Source: Octopus sinensis
Lineage: Eukaryota
Reading direction: 5' to 3'
Length of the DNA stretch: 64,000 bases
NCBI RefSeq assembly: GCF_006345805.1
Contig: NC_043011.1
Coordinates: 11,284,001 to 11,348,000, forward strand
The notes under the pieces were generated by a model. It was not told the DNA's origin. It saw only the letters and a program-made list of their open reading frames with translations, and did no database searches. Positions 50,515 through 63,730 of this stretch are shown piece after piece. Within the stretch, counting starts at the first letter, position 1; every line of letters starts with the position of its first letter. Both the position numbers and the translations under genes were made by a program.

Positions 50515-53500
50515 TAGTTTTATTTTTATAGCGTGCTTTCACTTCACTACCGAGCGCAGCTCTGTGTGCCTTGGGTATGTGCTGTGATTTGTTGTGATGC
50601 TCTGATGGTTATTGTATGGAAAGTGTTCTGCGTAGGATGTGTGCAGTGCCTAGTAGTGCAATTTTCTGTATGTTATATGTGTTTGTAAGTCCTGGTGTTT
50701 TTGTTATGTATTTGTCTAAATATTTTTTTATCATGCCTAATGCACCTACTATGATAGGATTGTTTCTGTTTTCAGGTTCCACATTCTAGTTACCTCTATT
50801 TCCAGGTCTTTGTATTTTGAGAGTTTCTCCATTTCTTTTAGAGACACGTTGTCATCTGCCGGTATTGATACATCAATTAGAAAGCATTTTTTTTCTTCAT
50901 GATCTCTGACAACTATATCTGGTCTGTTGGCCTTAATTTCTCTATCTGGTTGTATCGGCATATCTCAGAGTATGGTTGCTTTCTCGTTTTCTGTGACCTT
51001 TTCTGGTGTGTGCCTATACCATCTTTTTCTGTTGTTTTATTCCATAATGTTGGCATAGCTTCCAATGTATGTAGGTTCCAACTCTGTCATGTCTGTGAAT
51101 ATATTCCTTCTTAGCCAGGACTGGGCAGCTAGAGATAATATGATTTATTGTTTCTTGTCCATCTCCACATATTCTGCAGTTACTTGTAATATTTCTTTTC
51201 ATTACATTTTTTGGTAATTTCTGGTGGGGAGGCTTTGGTCTTGTGCTGCAATTAAAAATCCCTCTGTTTCTGCTTTGAGTCCTGAGCTTCTCAACCATTG
51301 CTGGGATTTTTCTTTGTCTATTTCTTTTGCGTTTAGTTTAGTGCAGTATTTACCATGAAGGGGCTTTTCTTGCCATCGTTTTATCATGGCTCGTTGCTGT
51401 TCTATTTTTAGTTTGGATTTCATTTGTTTTTATAGCTTTTGTTGTTTCTTTCTCTTCTTCATCATCTTCTTCTTCTCTCTTGTGTGTTATTAGGTGGTAT
51501 GATTTCTTGTTTGTATTTGTCAGCTTCCTTAAATACTGAGAACATTTTTTGTTTTGCTCGTGTTTTGCTGCTATCTGGATCAGTTTTCCTTCCTTCTGAA
51601 GTAGGTATTTTTGCAGTCCTATGGTGGTTATTTTATAGTAGTTTTCCAGCTGTATAAGGCCTCTACCACCTTCTATACGTTGTATATATAGTCTTTCTAT
51701 GTCAGATTTTGGGTGATGCATCCTAGATCCTGTCAGTATTTTTCTTGTTTTCCTATCTATTTTGGACAGTTCATTTCGTGTCCAGTTAAGGATATTGTAG
51801 CTGTAACTTATAACTGGGACAGCTAAAGTGTTGATACCTATTATCTTGTTTTTAGCATTGAGCTCTGTTTTTAGTATTGATCTAACTCGTCTATAATATT
51901 CTTTTTTTATTTTCTCTTTCATTGTGTGTGTTGTGTCTTATCTAGTTCATGGATTCCTAAGTATTTGTAAGTTTGGCTTTGGTCTAATTCTTTTATTTCA
52001 TTGGTTTTATCTAGTGTGATGATTGTTGTTACTCTTAACTAGTTTTCCTCTTTTCATGGTTACTTTGGCGCATTTTTCTAATCCAAATTTCATATCTATT
52101 TCTTTGGTAAATCCATGAACTGTCTTTAATAGTGTTTCCAGCTGTTTGTCATTTGCAGCGTATAGTTTTTTAGGTCATCCATATATAAAAGTGGCTGATC
52201 GTTTTGCCGTAACATTTATATCCGCATCCAGTTCTATTTAGCATATCAGATAGAGGTGATAGTGCCAAGCAGAAAAGGAGTGGAGAGAGCGTGTCTCCCT
52301 GGAATATTCCTCTTCTAATGGGGATGTCTTTGGTTTTCATGAGTCCCTCTTTTGTTTGGAGGTGTAGGACTGTTTGCCATTTATTCATAGAGTGCTCTAT
52401 GAATTTTATGATTGTTGGTGCTACTTTGTTATGGCTAGTGTTTCGAGGATCCATGTGTGGGGATGCTATCAAACGCCTTTTTGTAGTCAATCCAGGCCAT
52501 ACTGAGGCCTTTCTTCTTTCTGTGGCTGTCTTCAGTTACGGCTTTATTAATCATTAGTTGATCTTTACAGCCATATGAGCCCTTGCGGCATCCTTTCTGC
52601 TCTTCTGGGAACAGTTTGTTTTCGTCCAGGTGCTTGTTCAGCCTTTGTGTTATCACTGCAGCATAATGCCTTGAACATAGTAGGGAGGCAGGTTATTGGT
52701 CTGTAGTTTTCTGGTTTTGTTGTTTTTTTGATTCGGGAATTAAGATGGTTTTCCCCTTCGTGAGCCATTCAGGCATTGTCTCTGGCTCTGCTAGTATGCT
52801 GTTAAAGTTTTCAGCCAGCTTTTTGTGCATTCCTGTTAGATATTTCAACCAGAAGTTGGGGATCTTGTCATGCCCAGGTGCCTTCCAGTTGCTCAGTTTT
52901 TGCAGTGCCTGGGTGACCTCTTCAGTTGTTATGGGGGTCCAAAGTTGTTCAGATGCCGAGTTTGTTATTTTCATACTCCTTTTTTTTGGCTGTTCGTTCG
53001 CCGACCATATTTCTTTCCAGAATTCTTCCAATTCTTCTGCCGTTGGTGCTGCAGTGACTTCTATTTTATTTTTGCCTAGTTCTTGGTAGAACTTTTTGGG
53101 GTTGGAGTTGAACTTTTTGTTCTGTTCAAAGAAGCGTTGGCGTTTCTCGTACCGGCGGATCCTTTGAGCTTTGGCAAGGATATCTTGCTTCAGCTTTTCT
53201 TTTATCTCCGGCAAATCTTTTTCCGTGATGTTATATTTGCGGAGCATTTTTGTTCTCTTTTTGTTGCTCAGTAGCGTTGCTTGTTTGCTGATTTCATTAA
53301 GAATCGACAGGTCTTTTCTAATTTTTTTTTTATTTTGTTTTGGATGTTATTTATCCACAGGGTTTGTTTGGGTGGTGGTACTCCTGTTTGGGCGGGTTTG
53401 AGTGAGTATCCAGCTTCTTTTGTGGCTGCAGTGGCTGCTGCGTATATCAAGTCATTTAGTTCAGTGATATCACTTTTTTTTGTTTCAGTGGCTAGTTCAG

Positions 53501-53686
53501 TGACGGCTAGGTTTATGTTGTTTATAATTGGTGTTGTTATTGCGTTTATTTTTATTCTTGGGAGGTATGGTCGGTGGTCCATTTTGAGCTTTGTGGTTTT
53601 TAGTTCTTTGATTATTTTATTTTTTATATTATCATAATCATTAGGTTCCCCTTCGTTGTTTACATCGTGTTTGTTGGGAATGTTGC

Positions 53687-53688
<2 letters not shown>
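50511..53688 (-). mobile_element. R4/Dong-like non-LTR retrotransposon (RT, CCHC, restriction-like endonuclease), frameshifted
   Basis: RPYLPR, YRPITCLPT, GIFQGDTLSPLLFC, CRICGDGQETINHIISSC and RPDIVV..CFLIDVSIP motifs. Bounded by (ATT)n at both ends. Confidence 0.9.
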
Positions 53689-53748
<60 letters not shown>

Positions 53749-53768
53749 GTTATTATTATTGTTATTAA

Positions 53769-53822
<54 letters not shown>

Positions 53823-53842
53823 TACTACTAATACTACTACAA

Positions 53843-53885
<43 letters not shown>

Positions 53886-54416
53886 GCTGTTATTATTATT
53901 GTTATTATTATTGATATTCTTGTAATTATTATCATTTTTTATTGTTATTATTATTATTGTTATCATTATTATTATTACTTTTGTTATTGTTATTATTATT
54001 ATTATTGCTTATATTGTTATTTTAATTATTGTTATTATTATTATTATTGTTATTATTGTTATTCTTGTTGTTGTTATTATTATTATTGTTATTATTATTA
54101 CTATTATTGTTATTATTATTATTATTGTTATTATTATTACTATTTTTATTATTATTAATATTATTATTATTACTATTTTTATTATTATTAATATTGTTAT
54201 TGTTATTAATGTTACTATTATTATTATTAGTATTGTTATTATTATTATTATTGTTATTATTGTTGTTAATACTATTATTATCGTTAATTTAACAAGAATC
54301 TCTCACCAGGATCGAACACCCCTATATTTCAAGCCATGTAGAAAGAATTTAAAAAGAATCTCTCACCAGGATCGAACACCCCTATATTTCAAGCCATGTA
54401 GAAAGAATTATTATTA

Positions 54417-54469
<53 letters not shown>

Positions 54470-54807
54470 GATATTATTGTTATTGATATTATTGTTATCA
54501 TTATTATTAGGTTGTCCCAAAAATTCGTAAACACTTGCGAAAATTGAATTTTTACTCGCCAAGTACTAACAAAAACAACAAACATTATTCCTCAAAATAA
54601 AGACCATTATTTTCCAAGACTTTCTACAAACTTTTGGGACAACCTTATATTATAGTTATTATTATTGTTGTTAATATTATTTTTGTTATTATTATTGCTA
54701 TTTTTATTATTATTAATATTATTATTGTTGTTGTTATTATTATTAGTATTATTGTTATTATTATTATTAACAATATATTATTAACAATAATAATAATGAT
54801 GATGATG

Positions 54808-54850
<43 letters not shown>

Positions 54851-54880
54851 CAACAACAACAACTATAAAATAATAACAAT
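53689..54880. repeat. Degenerate (ATT/GTT)n array with small insertions
   Basis: Direct reading. Confidence 0.9.
54507..54647. mobile_element. Mariner-derived MITE (141 bp)
   Basis: TA|TTAGGTTGTCCCAAAA ... TTTTGGGACAACCTTA|TA. Confidence 0.75.
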
Positions 54881-55022
54881 AATAGTAAGAGATAAGATGT
54901 TGAGAATACGATTTTCGCTTTGATGGGGGTGGTAATGGTCTAAATCATTATTTGATATATATATATATATATATATATACATACTTACATACATACTTAC
55001 ATACATACATAGATACATACGT

Positions 55023-55122
<100 letters not shown>

Positions 55123-55472
55123 CATACATACATACTTACATACATACATACATGTGTATATGTTTGTCCCCCAGCATCGCTTGACAACCGATCGTGCTGT
55201 GTTCGGCAAAAGAGATCGATAGAATAAGTATTAGGCTTACAAAGAATAAGACCTGGGGTCGGTTTGCTCAACTAAAGGCGTTGCTCCAAATGACTGAAAC
55301 AAGTAAAAGAGTAAAGAGTGTATATATATATATTATATATATATATATATATATAATATATATACATATATATATAAAATATGCTTACACATACACGCAC
55401 ACACATATATATATGCCTATATATATGTATGAATATATGTATATGTATGTATATACGTCTATGTATGCATAT

Positions 55473-55541
<69 letters not shown>

Positions 55542-55589
55542 TTCTGTAGTTTCAGCTCAGAGCTGCGTCCATGCTGATGCACCGCCATT

Positions 55590-56420
55590 CTGCAACACTG
55601 TTATTACTGAGATCCTCCTCCAATATGTAGCACTTGGTGAAGAACGGAGTTTGATGTAGCTACCCTCATTTGTACCTCTTGCCGTGAGGTAGGTTCATCT
55701 GGGACTCTCGACAGGAAGAGGTTCAGCTTTGATTTTAAAACGCTTACATCTACTTTGGCTCTTAGGGGGAATATTAGAAAGCTGTGGGCCCCCGAAACCC
55801 AGGCTGTTGCAGTAACTGGTCCTGAAGCGCGATGGCTTTGCTGGGATCTTTGGCACTATGCAGTGTCGTCCCGTTCTAGCATTGGTGTAGCTTACAATGC
55901 CAACATTTGGCACAATTCCTTCCAGGATCTTCCAGATATATATTACTGCATATCTCTCCCGCTTTCTCGCCAAGGAGTAGAGTCCTAGCTGTTTCAGCCT
56001 TTCCCAGTAGCTGAGCTGTTGCAAAGAGACGATCTTCTTTGTGAATCTTCTCTGGATTGTTTCAAGGTCCGCTGTTAATTTCACATTGTTGGGTGACCAT
56101 AGCTGTGAGCAGGATCATCATAGTTTCCTTATCTCTGGTTCTGAATGTTCTCAGGATCCATCCATCCAGTCGGCATCCTGGTAATGTGCACTTGGAAAGC
56201 GGTATCATCACTCATGTCGATGCTCAGGTTCCTCACTGATTTAGGCTTTGTGATTGAAATTCCCTGTGGACAAGTGTACCCTGTAAGTTTCATATTCAAT
56301 TTTGGACGCTGGTAGCGCAGGGCCTGGAATTTTTCAGCATTAAACTGCAAATTATTATCCTCAGCCCATCTGTAAATTGAGTCCAACTCCTGCTGCAAGA
56401 TCACTGATGCTGTCCTCCCA
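55590..56420 (-). mobile_element. CR1-like LINE 3' fragment
   Basis: LQQELDSIYRWAEDNNLQFNAEKF and LETIQRRFTKKI..LSYWERLKQLGL motifs. Confidence 0.8.
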
Positions 56421-56539
56421 CTTAATGCCATAGATCCGTCTGAGACACATTTGATGGAAACGTTCCAGTTGTTTAAGGTGGTATCGATATGTGACCCACG
56501 TCTCGCAGGCATAGAGAAGAGAAGGGAGCACATATGCCT

Positions 56540-58020
56540 TGTACACCTTTATCTTTGTCTTTCTGCATATGTCTCGCCGGCTCCAGAGGCGCCTTTCTAG
56601 CCTTCCGAAAGCAACACTTGCTTTCCTAATTCTATATGGAATTTCATCATCCAAATTGCTATATCTATTAATAGTGCTTCCCAGGTAGACAAACTGATCA
56701 ACTACATCAAGTCGTTTACCATACACATAGATATTTGGTACACTATACTTCTTACCAGGGGCAGGTTGGTACATGACAATAGTTTTCTTGAGATTGACTG
56801 TCAATACTAAGGCAGTGCAAGCATCAGAGAATGCATTCAAAATGTGTTGCATATCAATCTCTGTGTGCGCTACTAGCTCACAATCATCTGCATACAAAAG
56901 GTCTCTTATGATAGAGGTAAATACCTTTGTTTTTGCAGCAAAGCGCCTGATATTAAATATGCTGCCAGAGGTTCGATAATGGATGTAAACACCGTATCTG
57001 CGGTTTCTGAATGCAATACAGAACACCATCACGAAATATATGGAAAATAGGGTCGGTGCCAGAATATCCCCTGATTTCACTCCATTTTGTATTAAAATGG
57101 GCACCGACATTTTCCCTCTAACATTAACCCTACCTTTTATGTCTTCATGAAAAGACCTAACCAAAGCAAGAAACTTTTCAGGACACCCAAGTTTCTGGCG
57201 GACTTTCCACAATGCTTTTCTATTAACAGTATCAAAGGCTTTTGTCAGATCAACAAAAACCTGATACAAATCCAAACCCTGTTCCATACACTTCTCCTGA
57301 AGCTGTCTTCAGGAAAGCCAGATTGACTTTCTGGGAGAACACAATCTGCAACGTGTTTCAACAGACGATCCAGAGGTACCCTGCATAAAACCTTTCCTAC
57401 GACAGAAAGCAATGATATTCCCCTATAATTACCACAATCATTCCTGTTGCCCTTTCCCTTATACAAGACCACCATTGCTGTATCTCTCCAGTCCTCTGGT
57501 ACAGATTCACTAGCCCATATCTTACCAAACAAAGAGTGAAGTTGCTGCAGAAGTTTCTCACCACCATGCTGTAACAACTCCGCATGTATGCCATCCATAC
57601 CCGGAGACTTCCCATTATTCATCCTTGAGACAGCCACTGCAACTTCTTCCAACTTTGGTGGTTGTGCGAGTGCTGCCTTCACGGGTAATCTAGGGATGAG
57701 ATTGAGAACATCCTCACTAACTACAGACTGCTGATTCAAAAGTTCATCAAAGTGTTCTTGCCACTTTCGCAGAATTTCTTGTGAATCACGAAGTTCTTTA
57801 CCATCCCTGCTTCGAAGTGGTGTCATCAGAGAAGACGTCGGTCCATAAACTTCTCGCAAAAGACCATACAACAGCATTGTGTTATTGGAATCTGACGCCG
57901 CCTGTATCTCATCAGCCCTCTTACTCCACCACGTATCCCTCATCAGAGAGAGAGAGCCTTAGCCTCACACGTGATTTTACATCCTTGAGTTCCCTATGCA
58001 ACACTTCCCTTTCCTTTTGA
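56540..58020 (-). mobile_element. RTE LINE RT fragment, truncated at both ends
   Basis: YRGISLLS, FVDLTKAFD, LLYADD and FVYLGS motifs; one frameshift near 57290. Confidence 0.9.
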
Positions 58021-58558
58021 GTGCTACTGGTAACATGTAACCCAGTACAACCTGTTGCATGGTTTGGCCGTCGGCGACTAAACCGGCAACCCCACCAAGC
58101 TTGCTTGGTGAGGAGGGTGTTTATTGGACATCCTGCGGGAGGAAAAACAAAGCCCGCCCATTTGGCGGAACTCTTGAGAGTCAACGGCCATCCAATAAAT
58201 GTGTAATTATATATTTACTGCATATCTGCCTTTTTCTCACTAATTTTTATATATTGTATGTTTTTATATAAATTTTTATATACTTCACATCATATACTTT
58301 ATGTATATTTTGTATATCAATGTTTTATATATATATAAATTAAATTAGAGATAAAACCACTATTAGGCAACTCAAACCAAAACATGAAAAACAAATAATA
58401 AAAAATATTATTAATATAAATATAATAGTGGTTTTATCTCTAATTTAATTTATATTTATACTGTGAAATTTGATTTAATCCTAAATCTAATTTTTCCCTG
58501 CAAGTTTGGATATACAATATACTACCTAATATTATTAATATTATTTTATATATATATA

Positions 58559-58609
<51 letters not shown>

Positions 58610-58934
58610 CACGCACACGCACACATATAATATAACAAGATCCAGTTGAATAAGGTACTTAAAGTTGAGGTGCCTAATTATGTCGGAATAAAATGCACAC
58701 ACTACAGTTATATATGAAAACTAACCTTGGTACAGAAGTACTGGCAGAAGGATATTCGGGTAGTGTATGCCGTTAACTGGACCCAACTGAATATATAATC
58801 CGCTCTCGAGCAATTCAGCCATGTACATATTTATTAGATATACAGTCCATAATATACTTCGGAATATGCGAGGGGCATGTTCCGAAACAGGGGAATTATA
58901 AATAAATAAGTAACAGTTGATGGACAAGTGTCAA

Positions 58935-59200
58935 TTCATTATAGCCGTTTCTAACAAATCTTTTAATTGATCAATGAGTAAATTATATCATTATAAAAAA
59001 AACATTTTCTTCCGATAAATACATGAATTTTACAATATTACCGGCAAGAGCCAGTCGTAGGATCATTAATGTGTATGTGCCGTGGATTTTAGATATCTTT
59101 CATTGTTAAATTCAGGTTTTCATCTGATGAAAACGTGTTTTATAATGCTATAATGTACTTATTGATCAATTAAAAGATTCGTTAGAAGCAGCTTTCTTAA
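58935..59200. repeat. Head-to-head inverted pair of hammerhead-like PLE termini
   Basis: + copy ttcat-CTGATGA-A-AACG..CGTT-A-GAAGC at 59117-59195; - copy CGGAAGA..GAAAC-GGCT-ATA-ATGAA at 58935-59020. Confidence 0.6.
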
Positions 59201-59303
59201 AGATAGAAAAACATGTAATAACTGAAGTAGAAAAAAGATCAATTTCATACATGAACTTCTGTTTGTTTATTACATGACAATAATAAGTGAGTTTTATGAG
59301 CTA

Positions 59304-59701
59304 CTAGCAGTATCACCCGGCGTTGCTCGGGTTTGTAAGGGAAATAACTATATAAGCATTTTTAGAGAGTTATAGCCAAAAAATAGCAAAAAAATGCATT
59401 AAAAATGGAAAAATAAAATGATGGTAAATTTTTTTTAAATCGTTGGCACATCGTAGACATTTTTAGAGAGTTACTTCCCTTATATAATAGCGAAAAATGC
59501 ATTAAAATGGGAAAAAATGATGGTAAATTTTTTTTTTAATCGTAGACTCTTCGTAGACGCGCGCTAATACCCAGAAGGGCTCGATATGAATCACGACTAT
59601 AAGATACCCGGTTTTGGTTAAACTGCACCGCAAAATGTGGGAGTAGTTAGGAATCTAAATCGTAGGAGACAGACACACAACCTTACTTTTATATATAAAG
59701 A
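59304..59701 (-). mobile_element. Non-autonomous Helitron-like element, family 1
   Basis: TC and CTAG ends; intact gcaacgccggg hairpin region. Confidence 0.85.
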
Positions 59702-59995
59702 TTTTATATATCAATGCAGTAATGGTAGTTATATAATACACAAGGCTTTGATCGGCACGGAGCTGTAATGAAATAGAATTGGCCAACGTGCCGCAGAGTG
59801 GGACTGAACCCAAGGTGACACGGTAGGAAAGCAAGCTTCTCAATCATACAGTCACGCCTATAAAGGAGTGATATATTTTGGATAATATACTCCTTGATAC
59901 AATATGCTTAACAAAAAAATGGGACGTTTACGGCGAGAAGACCTTCGATTTTAATAGTTACTCGAGCAACGCACAACTAACAACGCTACACCATT

Positions 59996-60350
59996 CAGGG
60001 TGTTCCAGAATTAACTATCTGTTTGAATGATATTGAGCAAATTAAAAAAAAAACTGACAGTTTTATGTTTATTACCAAAACAAATAAATTTATAAATTTT
60101 ACGTCAAACTTTTATTGAAAATTTTCAACATGTCTCTATCACTGTATACTTCAGATCTCTCCTTAGCGTTGTGAAACACATTTTGAAGCATTCCAGGAAT
60201 TAGCTCCTGCACTGTTAACTGAATGTGTTCTTTAAGCTCAGCTAAACGACTACTCCATCTTGGGGGTGGGTGGAGGTAAAGAAAATGATTCTGCCAAATC
60301 GAAAATAGCTGTCATGGACAAATAAGAGGGGTCCAACGGGAAATGAAAAT
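59996..60350 (-). mobile_element. Possible Tc1/mariner end fragment
   Basis: CAGGGTGTTCCAGAATTAAC resembles a Tc1-type TIR; weak transposase-like C-terminus. Confidence 0.35.
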
Positions 60351-60410
60351 TAAAATTATAAGCAAAGTTCAAAATTTATACCCTTTTAACATATATTAAA
60401 CATGGTAAAC

Positions 60411-60793
60411 GAGTGGAGGCGCAATGGCCCAGTGGATAGGGCAGCGGACTCGCGGTCATAGGATCGCGGTTTCGATTCCCAGACCGAGCGTTGTGAGTGT
60501 TTATTGAGCGAAAACACCTAAAGCTCCACGAGGCTCCGGCAGGGATGGTGGTGATCCCTGCTGTACTCTTTCACCACAACTTTCTCTTACTTCCTGTTTC
60601 TGTTATACCTGTATTTCAAATGGCCGGCCTTGTCACTCTCTGTGTCACGCTGAATATCCCCGAGAACTACGTTAAGGGTACACGTGTCTGTGGAGTGCTC
60701 AGCCACTTACACGTTAATTTCACGAGCAGGCTGTTCCGTTGATTCGGATCAACCGAAATTCTCATCGTCGTAACTGACGGAGTGCTTCCATCC
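60411..60793 (+). mobile_element. SINE family B, full length
   Basis: 11-bp TSD ACATGGTAAAC. Confidence 0.9.
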
Positions 60794-61329
60794 ACATGGT
60801 AAACATCAATAAAATTGAGTTTTAAAAACAAATGCATTCAATTTCACTCAAATCATCATTAATTCTGGGAGACGGTGGGGACTAATTGCAGGTGGCGAGG
60901 GTAGCAGTCAGAAATGGTCACGCGGTGAAACTCAAATGACTGAGTCACAACAGCAGTTTGTTTCTTTGTATGAACATTTTGCATTGTGTAGTTCAGACAT
61001 GGATGACATAGAAAGCAGACACGCTGCCAGGCCATGCTGTTTTGCGCAAGATTAGAAAAAATGAAACATCAACTGGGCACTTCTGGAGAATGGATGAATG
61101 GGTTTGTTGTGCCCCTACCCAGCCGCACACTCACGCACATGGCCCGCTAGTGTGCGGGATGGTAACATGAAGTATCAACAGAGCATCGACAAAAATTTTA
61201 ATGTTCTTCTCATTTCTTCTGCCAAATTGGACAAAAGAATTTTCATAAAATAGTATACAGTACTTATAATGCATAAGTAGTGTCAATATTTTATCGTCGG
61301 AAAATGGCCTAAAACAAGGATAAAACCCA

Positions 61330-61740
61330 GTGCAGGAGTGGCTGTGTGGTAAGTAGCTTGTTTACCAACCACATGGTTCCGGGTTCAGTCCCACTGCGTG
61401 GCACCTTGGGCAAGTGTCTTCTACTATAGCCTCGGGCCGACCAAAGCCTTGTGAGTGGATTTGGTAGACGGAAACTGAAAGAAGCCCGTCGTATATATGT
61501 ATATATATATATATATATGCGTGTGTGTGTTTGTGTGTCTGTGTTTGTCCCTCTAGCATTGCTTGACAACCGATGCTGGTGTGCTTATGTCCCCGTTACT
61601 TAGCGGTTCTGCAAAAGAGACCGATAGAATAAGTACTGGGCTTACAAAAGAATAAGTCCCGGGGTCGAGTTGCTCGATTAAAGGCGGTGCTCCAGCGTGG
61701 CCGCAGTCAAATGACTGAAACAAGTAAAAAAAAAAAAAAA
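61330..61740 (+). mobile_element. SINE family A, full length
   Basis: Matches 19301-19710; A-rich tail. Confidence 0.85.
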
Positions 61741-62114
61741 AATTTTATGTATACTCAAATCTGATTAATCCATAGTCGGTGTCGAAAATATCCTTAGTCA
61801 ACAGCAATTCGAGGGGCCTGATTAATGTTTGTTACAAATTTGGAGGAAAGCGACTGGATACTCTTCAAGTTACGGCTCTTACCGTTGCGAAACATGCTTT
61901 AAAAATGCGGTTAATCTACCTCTGGGCCCGCATTAGGCAGACCCTATGTAATGTATGTGTAAAATTTCATTAAAATCGGTTGGGTGAATCTCAAGTTATA
62001 ACGACTTGACAAACACACAGACAGACACACATCTTGCGTTTTATACATATAGATAGATATGTGTGTGTAAATATATACATATCTGTCTATCTATCCATCT
62101 ATACACACACACAC

Positions 62115-62149
<35 letters not shown>

Positions 62150-62151
<2 letters not shown>

Positions 62152-63730
62152 CAATCAGGAAATAATCTAGTAGCTCTGCGCCGGCAAGACTTGAAAAATA
62201 CGGAAAAAAGTGAAAGGAGTACAGTGAACTTGTCGTGAGGAGTGCAATATCCAACGTTTCGGATTCAATCTTTCGTCATGGGGCAGAAAAAAAGAGAAGA
62301 AAATGAGAAAAATGTCAGAGTTTACATCTTCTTAGCTTGAAAAACTAGCTGCAACTGATAATGGACGGAGAATAACACGGGTTGCTAACGTGAAATAGAA
62401 GTTATAGGGGAGGGCGTTCAGAAAGGAGAAAGAAAAGGGTAATGGATAGAGTAGAGGTAAGTAAATACAGGAATGTTGCAGAGAAAGGGTGGAAGGAGGA
62501 TTAAAAAGGGTAAAAAGAATTAAGAGAAGGTGAAAACGTGAAACGAAAAACGTTCGTTCATGTCTGTTGGGGACATAGTGCCAAGATCAAATATGGGACG
62601 TTGCTCCTTTCGTTTCCTTGAGAAAGAGGAACCGTGGTACAAGGCCATGCCAGACACTGATGAATCTGCAGTAGAATGATTCACAGTGTTCAAGTGGGAG
62701 GCAACAAGTTGGCCCGACATACGTATCATTATGCTTCTGATATGTTCACGAAAGGGATACCCAAGGCGTTGCCCTGTTTCTCCAATGTAAAGAGCACCGC
62801 AGAGTTTGCATATGATGCAATATATGAGATTCACCGAAGTGCAACAGAAGTTGTGTGTTATGTGATATTGCTTCTTGGGCCCCGTGATGGTGGTAATATT
62901 GTTGATGTAGGGACATGTGTTACATCGTCGGCGAGAACATTTAAAGGTTCCTGGTTGTACTGGGCTGGGAGTTGTGAAGCTTCTAACAGAGAGATTTCTA
63001 AGACTCCTACCTTTTTTAAAAGACAAGAGAGGTGGTGTAGAAAAGATAGGGGCGGTTGTTGAAGAATGCAAAAGCTGTGGGTGAGTTTGTGCTTTAGAGG
63101 GAGGATGGACGAGTGGTAGGTGAGAGAGAATGGAATACGGTCGGTGGAAGTGCGTGGAGATGGTAGTAGAGCTGCGGTGCGGTTGATGGCTCGGGCTCGG
63201 TGGAGTGCTGGGTTGACAACCGATGGAGGATACCCTAGATTTAGAAAAAAAGCTGTCGCAATGGGATTCGAAATCCGAATCGATGCTGCAAAGTCATCGA
63301 AGGCGAAGAAATTGAGAGAAAGGTATAGCAATTTCAATTTGTTTGTCGGTAGGAGTGGAAGTCAGTAGGTTTATATTAGACAGAGGTGGGGAGGTGGGCA
63401 TTGTATATTTTGACGGATATGTCCAGAAAGCAAACAGAAGTTTCAGATATGGTGTGGGGGAATTCCAAAGCTGGGTGATAGGCGTTGAAAGAAATAAAAT
63501 CGTTGAGTTGTGGCTCGAATGCAGTCGTCAGTGTAACGACCATAAATCTCTGGGATCAAAGATTTGCTCCTCTACATAATTTACAAAGAGGTTGGCATAA
63601 TTGGGGCCCATTCTGGGGACAAGTACTCTCTGTATAGAATACACTTCGTAGTGCTCAAGAGATTTGAACTTGAGCAGATACAAGAGTAAATGTAGGGACA
63701 AATGTAAGGCAAGTCGATATACAGAAAATA
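62150..63730 (-). mobile_element. Penelope-like element (Neptune-type): RT thumb, Cys linker, GIY-YIG endonuclease, 3' terminus
   Basis: MGPNYANLF (RT), LGYPPSVV, GTFKCSRRRCNTCPYI linker, NLIYCIIC..LYIGETG (GIY-YIG). Ends at (TA)n 62118-62150; frameshifted. Confidence 0.9.

Noticed and set aside
53268-54292. 232-aa and poly-L/I/N ORFs
   Set aside because: Read-through of (ATT)n into the truncated Dong-like ORF; not a host gene.
56361-57287. 308-aa RT ORF as an intact gene
   Set aside because: Fragment of a truncated RTE that runs into filler and an adjacent CR1-like relic.
58040-58200. HDV-like ribozyme in a GC-rich LINE-UTR-like segment with a CACCAAGC/GCTTGGTG hairpin
   Set aside because: Could not fit the nested P1/P2/P3/P1.1 pseudoknot by eye; only a simple hairpin is supported.
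58721-58927. 68-aa minus ORF as a host exon
   Set aside because: No recognisable motif or convincing splice sites; lies within PLE-terminus-like sequence.
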